A stretch of 64,000 nucleotides of DNA, taken from contig NC_067404.1 in assembly GCF_016432865.1 (NCBI RefSeq), positions 33,852,001 to 33,916,000 on the forward strand, given 5' to 3'. Positions 48,406 to 60,690 of this stretch are shown here, piece after piece. This DNA comes from Antechinus flavipes (Eukaryota). Both the position numbers and the translations under genes were made by a program. The notes under the pieces are model-generated. The model searched no databases. It was not told the origin of the DNA and was given only the letters and a program-made list of their open reading frames with translations. Each line of letters opens with the position of its first letter. The stretch's first letter is position 1.

Positions 48406-50589
48406 CTTTTGAGAAAGAACAGCACCAAGCCACCCACCAGGGTCCCATAGTTATTAGAAGAAGGAACAGGAATGATGATGCAGAGGAAGAGGATATTAAC
48501 AAGAACAACAGCAGCTTCAACAAAAACAACGTTAACAATCATAGTCCCTGTTCCTGTAGGGCTTGAAGGTTTACGAAGTTCTTTTTGAACATTATTTCAG
48601 ATGTTTCTCAGAATGATTCTTGGAAATGGGGCTCTTAATTATGCCCCAATGGACATATGGCAATTCGGAAGGAGAGATCAAGTACTTAGCCTAGTGTCAC
48701 AGAGGTAACCATAGTTGTAAAAAAAAAAAAAATTAGCAATACTAATTGTAAAAGAGATAGTGATATTAATCAAAATGGTAATAGCAATGTCGTAATAATG
48801 AATAATTTGGCATTCAGAGACTCTTTGAGTTTGCAAATTGTTTTACCAGTTTCCCAAACTCATTTTATACTCAGAACAATCCTGGGATGGAAGAGTTATT
48901 AGTATGTCCATTTTAAATGTGAGAAAACTGAAGCAGAACTAAATCAAGGGACTTTGCCAGAGTAACACAGTAACACATTACTAATGGTAGTGAATGATAG
49001 AAACAACAACAGCAGCAACAAAATAACAGTAATCATAATAATGGCTAACATTTATGTATTACTTGTATTTACAAAGCAATTTACAAATAACTAATTTTAT
49101 CTTCATAAAACCCCTGGGAGGTGGTTGCTTTTATTTTCACAACTTTATAAATGAAGAAAATGAGACAGAAAGTGGTCAAGTGACTTGCCCAGAGTCACAC
49201 AGCAAATAATAATATCAATAATTTTATTTTTATTATTAGCAACTAATATTATAGTCATGATATCCAGCATTTATTGAGTATTACAAATATGAAAAGCACT
49301 TTATACATATTTTCTCAATGTATCCTCAGAACAAGCTTGGAATGTAGGTGACATGATTATTCCTATTTAAAGAAGACAAAAATGAGGGGCCCATAGATAA
49401 GATAACATAACAAATTAGAATAATAATGATAAGAATTAAAACAAAACAGTAAGCATAAAAAAATTGTATTGTTGTTTAGATAACAGTATTTAGCATCACA
49501 TAGCACTTTAATGATTACTGAGAGCTTCATAGATATTTATTTCATTTTGTTTCACAACAACCCCAAAAGGCAAGAGCTTGTCTCCACTTTACAGATGTGA
49601 AAACTAATGGACACAGAGGAGAATCAACTTGTCCAGGGTCACACAGCCAGTAATAACAACATTAATGATAGGGTTTTTTTTTAAATCTACATTTTTACAG
49701 CGTTACAAGGTTTACAAATTGCTTTACAAATAGGGTTTCATATGATACTCAGAACAAACCTGGAACAGAGTTTTCTATTAGTATTCCCACTTTACAAATG
49801 AGAAAACTGAAGCTGGTAAAGCAGTAAAACTACTTGCCTAGGCTGACCCAGCATACCAGAGCAATAGCAACAAGAAAAAAATTTTTTTTAAAATAATGAA
49901 TGGAATAATGATAACGATCATGGAATTTATAAAGCACTTTAAGCATCTACAATGTTTTACAAGTATTATTTCATTTTATTGTCACAGCAACCCTAAAAGT
50001 TTGGGGGTATTGTTATCCTCATTTTATAGATAAGAAGGATGAGGTAGAAGTCAAGTGATTTATCCATGGACACACAGTAATTAGTAAGAAAAATAGTGTC
50101 AGTAATGAAGGTAATAATAATGTTGATAATTACAGTCAATATTCATGCAGTGCTTTCAAGTTTTCAAAGTTCTTTATAAAAATAATTCCATATGATTCTC
50201 AAAATGATTTTTAGAGCTAGGTGTTTTGATTATTCCCACTTTCCTTAGGCAGAGTTTAAATGACTTGCGGTCCCAAACACAGTTGTAATTATAATAGTAA
50301 TAACAATGATAAAATAATCCAAATGATAACGTTAATACTGAATAATTCATAGTTAAGAATAATAGCAAATAGTTAACAATTAACAAAGGTAATATAACAA
50401 CAATAGGAACAGTAGAAAAGTATAGGAATAACTTAGATTCGCCAAGAACTTCAAAGTTTGAGAAGTCCTTTATAAATGTTAACTCATTTACTCTTAGAAC
50501 AACATGAGATGAAGATCATAATAGTCTCTCCATTTTGCAGTTGAGAAGTATAAGGCGGAAATAGATGTTCACTCAGAATGATCCAGCTA

Positions 50590-51240
50590 CTTTTTGCAGT
50601 AATAGAAATGACAATCATAATAGTCAAGGTAATAGGATAATAATGATAACAACACTGATAGCCATGGTGATAGAAAGACTAACAGTCACCAAAAGACCAA
50701 TGACATAGTAATAATAGCAGTAAAACTAGTAGGAATAGTGACCGGAATCATAAGAGCAACAGGAAAAGCAAAAGGAACATTAACAACTGTAAAAGCAACA
50801 ATATTAGTAACGGCAACAGCAAATAACAAAATAGCAATAGTCAAAGTGACAGGAAAAATGACAACATCCGTAAGAGCAAAAGTCATAACAATAATACCAA
50901 AAGCAACAGTAAGAACAACAATCAAAGCAAAAGAAAGAACAACAGTAAAGGCAAGAACAAGAACAAAAGTAACAGCAACCGTAACAGCAACAACATGACC
51001 AAAAGTAAAAGCAATAATAAAAGTAACAAAAATAAAGGTAATTGCAACAGTAACATTAACAACAGGAACAGCAAGAGCAAAAGTAACAGCAACAGTAAAA
51101 AAAAGTAATAGTGAAAGCATCAAAATAGTAAAAATAACAACAGTAATAGAAACAATAATAGTAACAACAAAATGAAGAGCAAAAGTCAGTATAACAAAAA
51201 CAATAGTAATAGTAAACACAATAATACCATTATTTTATTT
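50590..51240. repeat. Period-3 cryptic repeat (ACA/GCA/GTA/ATA/AAA)n, tract 1
   Basis: Almost every third base is A. Confidence 0.9.
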
Positions 51241-51255
51241 TATTATATTATAAAT

Positions 51256-51326
51256 ACATATAAATATAAATATAAATATAAATATAAATATAAATATAAA
51301 TATAAATATAAATATAAATATAAAAT
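51256..51326. repeat. (TATAAA)n, about 11-12 perfect copies
   Basis: Direct inspection. Confidence 0.95.
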
Positions 51327-52053
51327 AAAGTATTTTATTTTTATCCTCCCAATAACACTGGGAGTTTGCTGATGTTATTATCCCCACTTTAAAAATAAGG
51401 AAACTAAAACAATAGTCAGTTCATTTGGCTAGTTCACATAGATATTCATAAGAATAATAGTAATGATCATAATGAAAATGAATCTACTAATAATAATTGT
51501 CAGTATTCGCAAAAACTGATACAGTTTACAAAGTTTTTTAAAATGCTGTTTTATGTGATTCTCAGAACAACTCTTGAAAGTATATCCTTTGGATATCTCC
51601 ATTTTACATATAACAGACTTGAAGAAGAAATCAAGTATCTTGCCCAGGGTCATATAACTAGTTGAAAGTATAATAGTAATAGCAGTGGTTATTAATGGTT
51701 ATAATCTAATTAGTAAAAATAATAGCAATAGAAATAAAAATAGGAATAGAATTGATAAAGAAATTTTAAAATAATTGCTATTCATGGGGAAATTTGATAT
51801 TTTTGAAGTGCTTTACAAATATTATCCTATTGTCCTCTTAGAACCACTTCAGAATGTAACAGCTAACAGTATCCTCACTTTACAAATGAAAAGAAAATGT
51901 GGTAATATTTATTAAGGATTCTAGAAACATCAAAACAACCAACCATGGAAGTTTGTTGATTCAATTACTCCCATTTTACAGATAATGAAACAAAGGCAGA
52001 GATCAAGTGACTGGTCCACGATCACAAAAGTATTGATAGGTGTAACAGTGGAA

Positions 52054-52100
<47 letters not shown>
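52054..52100. repeat. (GAT)n microsatellite in an array linker
   Basis: Direct inspection. Confidence 0.95.
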
Positions 52101-52760
52101 AAAATAATTATAATACGAAGAAATAGTCATTTTTCATGAAGGATTTTAAGATTTACAGATGTCTTTCCAAATATATCATTTCAGCCTCAGCAGGTGGGTG
52201 CTCTGATTATCTCCACTTTACATGACAAAACTGAAATAGATGTCAAAGCACTTGTTCAGGATCACATAGCTAATTATGGTAGCAAAAGTGAGATAATGGT
52301 AGTAGTAAAGGTAATGTTAATATAATAGCAATCCCAATCCCAATCCCAGTTAAAGAGGAACAGGAATAGGAACAGGAAGATGAATAGCTGGCATTCATAA
52401 AATACTCTAAACCACTTTAAAATCTTATCTACTTTCATTCTCAGAACAACCCCAAAATATAATTGCTATTACTATCCCTACTTTCTATATGAGAAAACAG
52501 GGGTAAAAATAAGTCCAGTGACTTGAACAGCATCACAAAGCTTGTTACAAAGCAATGATTATTAGCAAATTAGCAAAACGTTGTTAATAGCATGAATAAT
52601 AGCAATATTAACAACTGAAATAAGAATCATGGACTTCCATAGATGTTTACAAAATGTTTTATTTCATTTTATTCTTAGAACAACCTTGGGATATAGGTGC
52701 TATTAATATCCCCACTTTACACATGAGAAAACTGAGTTAGATATAGTTGACCCTGGGCAA

Positions 52761-53288
52761 TGCTTCAGATTTGTCACATCTGAAATGAAAATAATCCAAG
52801 AATTGTTCTGAAAATCACATGAAATAATATCTTAAAATCTTTGTAAATCTTATGAATTATTAATAAATCTTCATGAATGTTGACTATTGTTATCATCATT
52901 ATCACTATGATCATTATTACTATTCTTATAAATAACCATGTGAACCTAGGCATGTCACTTGACACATTGCTTCAATTTCCTTATCTTTGAAGCACGGATA
53001 ATAATATCACCAAATTCCCAGGGTTGTCATGATGATAAAATGAAACAATTTTTTGTAAAGTACTTTAGAATGCTCAAAATGCTGTATGCTAAAACTGAAC
53101 ATTAGTATTCCCTTCACTAGTTTATTATTATTCTTAATATTATTTAATATTAATTATTATTTTTTAATATTATTATTCTTAACATTGTTTTATTATGATT
53201 TCTAGAATCATTGTGTTTTTCCATGTGATTTTGTCACTTATTCTATATCTCCTTCAGTTTTCTCATTTGTCAAGTGGAGACACTAAAA
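52761..53288 (+). repeat. Inverted copy of 55915-56397
   Basis: Colinear reverse-complement match; these are the only array monomers in the opposite orientation. Confidence 0.93.
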
Positions 53289-55775
53289 TATCAGCAACAA
53301 CAAGATCAAAAGTTAAGAGCAACAATAAAAACCACAAAAAAGTAATAGGAACAACAACAAAAGTAACAACAATGGGAAGAGCAAAAATAACAGTAACAGC
53401 AATAGCAAAAACAACAACAAAAGTAACAATAGTGAAAGAAACAGCAATAACAAAATAACACTAACTGAAATAGTAAAAGTAACTGGAACAGCAAGAACAA
53501 AAGTGACATTAATAGTAACAGCACAAAAGCAAATATAACTAATAATAATAGCAACAGCAAAAACAAAAGTAACAGGAGCAGCAACAATAACAGTAATATC
53601 ATATAGTAATGACAACCAAAGTAAAAGCAACAGAAAAAAATAGCAGTAATATTACAGCAAATTCAAAAGCAACAGTAAATCTATAACAGCAAAAACAAAA
53701 GAGCAATAGCAACAGTAAGAGAAAAAGCAAAAACAAAAAGAACAGCAACAATAACAATAAGATAATAACAACAATAGTAACAATAAGTAATAGCAACAGT
53801 AAAAACAACAAAAAAGTATCAGTAACAAGAGCAAAATAGAAACACCAACAGTAATAGTAAAAATAATAACAATGGCAAGAACAAAAGTAACTATAAAGCA
53901 ACAATTACAAAAACAACTAAAATAATAGTAACAATAGCAACAGAAAAAGTAATAATTACAGAAACAACAAAAGTCATAGTAATAGCAAAAGCAACAGTTA
54001 CAAAAAGAAGAATTATAGGAATAATAACAGCAGCAACAATAATAACATAAACAACAAAAGGAACAGTAATAGGAACCACAATAGCAAGAGCAGAAGCAGA
54101 ATTATAACAGCAACAGTAAAAGCAACATTAACAACAAAACTAAAAGTAACATCAACAGTGAGAGTAAAAACAACAAATGTAACAATAACAACAAGAAAAA
54201 TAATAGCAACAGTAAGAGTAAAAGTAAGGGCAACAGTAAGCAGAAGTAACAATAACAATAAAAGTAATAATATTAGCAAAAGCAATAGTAGCAGTAAAAT
54301 CAACAGCAACAATAACTGTAACAAAAATAACTGCAATAGTAACATTAAGAATAAGAACTGGCAAGAGCAGAAGTAACAATAACAATAACAGTTACAAAAA
54401 GAGCAACAACAATAATAATTATGACAGTAATGGTAGACAGCAACAGTAACAATAATAGCAACAGCAAAAGAAAGAGTAACAACTATAGCAACAACAAAAA
54501 TAATAGTAACAGCAAGAGGAGAAACAAAAGTAATAGTAATAGTAAAACAACAGTTACAGAAATATTAACAGTTATAGTATTAATAACAGTAACATAAACA
54601 ACAAAAGAACAGCAATAATAATAGTAACAACAACAGAAAGAGTAAAAGCAGCAGTAAAAGGAATATCAACAACAAAGTGACAGTAACAGCAAATGTAATG
54701 CTAACATTAACAACAACAAGAACAGGAACAGTAATGGTAAAAGTAGCAGCAATAGCAACAGTAAAAGTAACTTTGACAGGAACAGTTACAACCATGATAA
54801 CAGTGAAAGTAATAGTACAGCAACATTAAGAGTAACTTCAGTGGCACCTGTAAAGGTAATAATAACAGTAATTGCAACATGAACAAAAACAATAGGAACA
54901 ACAACAACAGAAATAACATTAGTAATAACAGTAGACAACACAGTAATAATAACAAGCAAAGGCAAGAATTATAGTAGCAACAACGACAGGTAAAGGAACA
55001 GCTATAGAAAAAAAAGAGCAACAGTTACTATGACAATAGGAACAGCAATAACAAAAGCAACTGAAATAGTAACAGTAATGACAAAATTAACAGTAACAAC
55101 AATGGTAACAGCAATAGGAACAGCAACAATAAGAATAACAGCAATAACAAAAGTAATGATATGAACAATAGCAAGAATAAAAGTAAATGCTATAACAACA
55201 ACAGTAACAGTAATAGTAACAGTAACAGGAATAGTTACCACAACAGTATTAGTAACAGTAACATCAACAGCAAAAGTAACATTAATAGTAATAGTATAGT
55301 AACAATCACAGCAACAGTAGTAGTAGAAGCACCAACAACAAGAGAAAATATAAATGCAGCAGCAGAAACAAGAAAAATAACAGCAACAGCATCAACAACA
55401 GTGATAATAGCAATAGTAATAGCAACCATAACAGTAACAACAAAAGGAAGAGGAAAAATCAGTGTGACAGTAACAAAAACAGTAACAGCAATAATGCCAC
55501 AAAAGCAATAGTAACAACAAAAGGAACAATGATAGTAACAGAATAGCAAAAGCAAAAGTAATAGCAGTATTAACTACAAAAACAACAGTAACAGCAACAA
55601 GAATAATAATTGTATCAGTAATAGCAACAATAACAGCAGAAGCAAAATCAAATGTAATAGCAACAACAAAAGCAATACTAACAACAGCAATAACACAATG
55701 ATAACACCAACAACAGCACAACAGTAACAGCAAAGAGTAAAGGAAATGCAACAGCACCAGTAATAGTAACAGTTT
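53289..55775. repeat. Period-3 cryptic repeat, tract 2 (~2.5 kb)
   Basis: Strongly A-rich on the plus strand; gtaaca/gcaaca/gtaata/gcaaaa hexamers. Confidence 0.92.
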
Positions 55776-58700
55776 ACATTCATAGAATATTCTGAGATAT
55801 GAGAAGTAATGAACACAGATGTTTTCATCATAATATAATAGCAATGTCAATAGTTGTTTTTATGGTATTGATTATCTCCTTTTATTCTCAAAACAATTTT
55901 GAGATAGAGTTGCTTTTTAGTGTCTCCACTTGACAAATGAGAAACCTGAAGGAGATACAGAATAAGTGACAAAATCACATGGAAAAAATACAATGATTCT
56001 AGAAATCATAATAAAAATATTAAGAATAATAATAAACTAGTGAAGGGAATACTAATGGCCAGTATTAGTATACAGCATTGTGAGTATTCTAAAGTACTTT
56101 ACCAAAAAAATGTTTCATTTTATCATCATGACAACCCTGGAAATTTGGTGATATTATTATCCATGTTTCAAAGATAAGGAAATTGAGGTAATGTGTCAAG
56201 TGACATACCTAGGTTCACATGGTTATTTATAAGAATAATAGTAATGATCATAGTGATAATGATGACAACAATAGTCAACATTCATGAAGATTTATTCATA
56301 ATTCATAAGATTTACAAAGTTTTAAAAATATCATTTCATGTGATTTTCAGAACAATTCTTGGATTACTTTCATTTCACATGTGACAAATCTAAAGCAGAA
56401 ATCAAGTAACTTGCCCAGGGTCACACAACTAGTTGAAAATGTAATAGTAATAATTATGATGACAGTAATGGTTATAGAAGTAATAATTGTATTATTAATA
56501 ATAAGAGAAATAGAAATAATATGATTGATGAAGGAAGAGGAAAAGGAATAGTTGCCACTCATGGTGCAATTTCATATTTTAAACATATTTTACATATATT
56601 ATTTCATTGTATTCTCAGAATAAGCCCAGGTTGTAGCTTCTAAGAGAATTGTCACTTTACAAATGAAAAAAAAAATAAGATAATATTTGTAAAGGACTCT
56701 GGGAACATCAAAACAACCAACCATGAAAATTTGTTGAAACTAAAAATAGGTATAATAATAGAGATGATGATGATGATACTGATTTTAATAAAGATGATAA
56801 AATATTTATAATAAGAAATAGTCAATATTCATGAAGGATATTAAAGTTTACAGATGTCTTTACACATATCATTTCATCTTCAGAATGATATTTGCACATA
56901 GGGTCTCCATTTTACACATGACAAAACTGAAGCAGATGTCAAGGGACTTGTTCAGAATTACGCAGCTAGTTGTTGTACTAAAAATGAGAGCAATGATAAT
57001 CGTAATAGTGAAGGTAACGGTAATAGCAATAGCAATATAAGGAACAAGAATAGGAACAGGAAGATGAATGATTGGCAGTCATAGCAGGCTCTAAGATTTG
57101 TAGAAATACTTTTAAAATATTACCTAATTTAATTCCTTGAACAACCCTCAAATATAACTGCTGTTTTAGGCTTTCCACTTTCCAGATAAGAAAATTGAGG
57201 TAGATATAGGTAAGTGACTTGAGCAGTTTAGTAGTAATAGTAATAGTAAGGGTAACATCAGTAGTATTTGCAACAATAATAGAAATACTATTAGCAATAG
57301 CAATAGTAAAGATAATAGTGATAGTTGTGTTTGTAGAATCTTCTGAAGTTCATAAAGTACTTTACAAATACAATCTCATTTCATTCTCAGAATAATTCTG
57401 GGGTTTGGGTACTATTAGTATCTATACTTTACAAGTTAAGCAACTTGCTCAAGATCTCTCAGCAAGTTACATTGATACCTTGAACTGATGTTAATAATAA
57501 AAGCACCAATAATAAATATAATTAATAGAATCATGATGATAATAACGGTCAGCATTCGTAGAGAGTTTTGCCTTTCAAAGTGGTTTAGAAATAGTGCTTC
57601 ATTTTGCCTCCGCTCTACAATCTTGGGAATTTGGTAGTGTTATTATCTGCAGTTTACATATAAGAAAACTGAGGATAAGGACAAGTGACTTGGCCAGAGT
57701 CACACAGCACTTAGTAGGAGCAATAGCAGATTATAGTAAGAAAAATAGCCACAACTCATGTAAGGTTTTCAGGCTTGCAAAGATCTTTACAAATATAATT
57801 TTATTTGATTTCCAAAATGATCCAAGGAAGTAAGTTCTCTGATTAAGCTCAATTTCCATATGATGAGCCTCAGGTAAGGTCAAATGTCTTGCCCTGGATC
57901 ACATAGCTAGAGTTAGTAATGGTAATGGTGATTGGTAATAATAATAGATACAATGATAATAATAATAGTAATTATATTAATAGTAGTAACAATAGTTATA
58001 TTTGGTATACAGAGCACTTTGAGATTTGGGAAGTCCTTTACACATTTTTCTTTTCACAACTTTTTCACGAGCTCCTTTTCTTTTCACAACTCTAGTAAAG
58101 ATGCAATTGCAAATTGATATTTAGCAAATGCTAAATATGCAAATGCTAAAGAAGAGAAAATCAATACAGACACAAGTCAAATGACTTGCCCAGGGTCACA
58201 TTGCAAGTGACAAAGAAGTTGAAAGTGATAAAAGTAAAAACTACAACAAAGATAAAAAAAATAACTAGAATAATAATTCTAATAATGTCCAGAACTCATA
58301 TTGTGCTTCATATTTTCCAAAATGTTTTTCAAATATTATTTCATTTTCTCCTCACAAGAACCCTGGAAATTTAGGGATTTTATTATCCCCACTTTTCAGA
58401 TAATGAAACTGAGGCATCAAGCAAGTGCCTGTTCTAGGGCCACATAGCTTAGTGGGAGTGATTATAGTTATGATGATGAAGATAATAATAAAGAGTCAAC
58501 AATGATGTATTACTTTAAGGTTTCAAAGCAGCTTTGAAAATATTATCTCACTTGAACCTCAGAACAACCTGGGGTCTAGGTGCCATTTTTTTATCCTCTT
58601 TTTACAGATGCAAAAGCTAAGGCAAACCTAGGTCAAATGATTTTATCAGAGTCACATAGTACATTATTATTATTATATAATGTTAATTGTTCAGAAAATA

Positions 58701-58784
58701 ATAATCACTGGAAGAACAAGAACAGCAAAAACAACAAGCACCTCTACCATTATAACACCTAGGATTCGTACAGTACTTTCATAT

Positions 58785-59016
58785 TTCAATTGTTTTCAGT
58801 CATGTCTGACTCTTCATGACTTTTCTTTGCAGAAATACTGCCATTTCCTTCACCAGTTCATTTAAAAAGAGGAAACTGAGATAAAAAGGGGAAAGTGATT
58901 TGTCCAGGGTCACATGGCTAATAAGTGTCTGAGGCTGGCTTTGAACTTAGGAAGATAAGTCCTTCTGACTTCAGGTGCAGCACTACATCCGCTGCAGCAC
59001 CATTTAGCTGCTTTTG
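58785..59016 (-). mobile_element. Full MAR1-type SINE inserted into an array monomer
   Basis: Has head and RTE-like tail; TSD ctttcatat at 58776-58784 and 59017-59025. Confidence 0.85.
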
Positions 59017-60464
59017 CTTTCATATACATCAGATTCTTTACAAATCTCTTATTTCTTGATCATAACAACTCAGGAAAGCACATGCTATTATTATTCCTAA
59101 TTTATAGATGTCGAAACTGGATTGACTTGCACAGTCACACAGCTAGCAATAATAACAATGATATTAATAATAACAATTATAATCACAATGACGTTTGTCA
59201 GCTTTGATGAGATGTGATGTTTTTCAAAAGGCTTTACAGATATTATTTCATTTGGTTTTCAGAATAATTCAGACGGCTAGATGCCATTATTGGGCTAATA
59301 ACTCTTTTCAAATGTGTAAATTGAGGGAGACTGAAGTCAAATGACATGCTTAGAATCACACTGCAAGTCATAACAATAACGACAATGACAACAACAACAA
59401 CAACTATACCTGGAATTCACATTCTGCTTTTTGGTTTGCAAAGGGCTTTATAAACATCATTTCCACAATCCTTAGAATTCATGCAGCTATTGTTCATACT
59501 TTACAAATAAGGAAATTGAGCTAAGGGTCAAATGACTTACCCAGGGTCATATAGCAAGTAACAATTAGAATAATTATGATCATACCACCAATAACAACCA
59601 CAACCACAATAGCAACAATAATAGCAATCAACATTCAATTAGGGCTCTGAGATTTGCAAAGCATTTTCTAAATGTTATCTCATTTTATCCTCAGAAGAAT
59701 CTCAAGAGGTAAATGCTTTTATTATTCCCACTTTACAAATGAGAAGACTGAGGGAGACAGATCAAACAAGTTGCCTGGAGTCACACAAGTAATAATAATG
59801 ATTTCAGTAACAATGATGATTCTAATCAGCATTTCTAGAGCATTGTTAGCCTTTCAAAGCACTTTACAAATATTTGGTCCTCAGAACTATCCTGGGTGGT
59901 AAATGCTGTTAGTATCCCTATTTGACAGAAAACTGAGGTAGACATATGTCCAACGACTTGTACAGGGTCACACAGCAAGTTACAATGACAATAAAAAGCA
60001 GCAATACAAATAATGATCATAGTAATAATGAGGATGATCATAGTCAGCACTTATATAATGCTTTAAGGGTTCCAAAGTGCATTATAAAAACTACTTCATT
60101 TAATCCTCATAGCAACCCTGATAAATTGGGGGTGTTATTGTCTCCACTTTAGAGACAAGGAAACTGAGACAGAGGTCAAGTGATTTATCAGGATCCCACA
60201 GCTAGTATTAGTAATAGTAATAACAATAATAATGAGTGATAGTAATAATACTATTAGTAGTAATAATAGCTGACAGTTATATAAGACTTTAATTTTTGCC
60301 ATGTGCTTTCCAAATATCTCATTTTATCCTCAGCATAAGCTAGGGAAGTAGGTAGCTTTAGAAACTCTATTTTACAAATTAAAAAAAAAAAAAAGACCTG
60401 AGGCAGTCATAAGTCAAATGGCCTACCCAGAGTGACATGGTAAATGCTATTGATAATGATAACG

Positions 60465-60690
60465 GTGGAGCAACTAGAGGGCACCAGGCTTGAAAGTCAG
60501 GAAAAATCATCTTCCTGTGTTCAAATCTGGCCTCCGAAACATATCAGCCTGGGCAAGTCACTTAATTGTTTGCTTCAGTTTCCTGGTCTGTAAAATGGCC
60601 GACAGCATCTCTGCCAAGAAAATCCCAAATGGGATTCCCATTTCAACTCACGGAGTTGAATATGACTGAAATGACTGAACAACAACAACA
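60465..60690 (+). mobile_element. MAR1-type SINE inserted in an array linker
   Basis: ggagcaactagagggcaccagg head...tatgactgaaatgactgaacaacaac tail. Confidence 0.8.

Noticed and set aside
51172-51372. YK-repeat ORF
   Set aside because: It is the translation of the (TATAAA)n microsatellite.
50686-55850. Long hydrophobic (V/T/A/I/F/L) and Thr/Lys-rich ORFs as membrane, mucin or silk-like proteins
   Set aside because: They are a by-product of period-3 low-complexity DNA: overlapping frames on both strands, frequent frame slips and stops, and no splice or start context.
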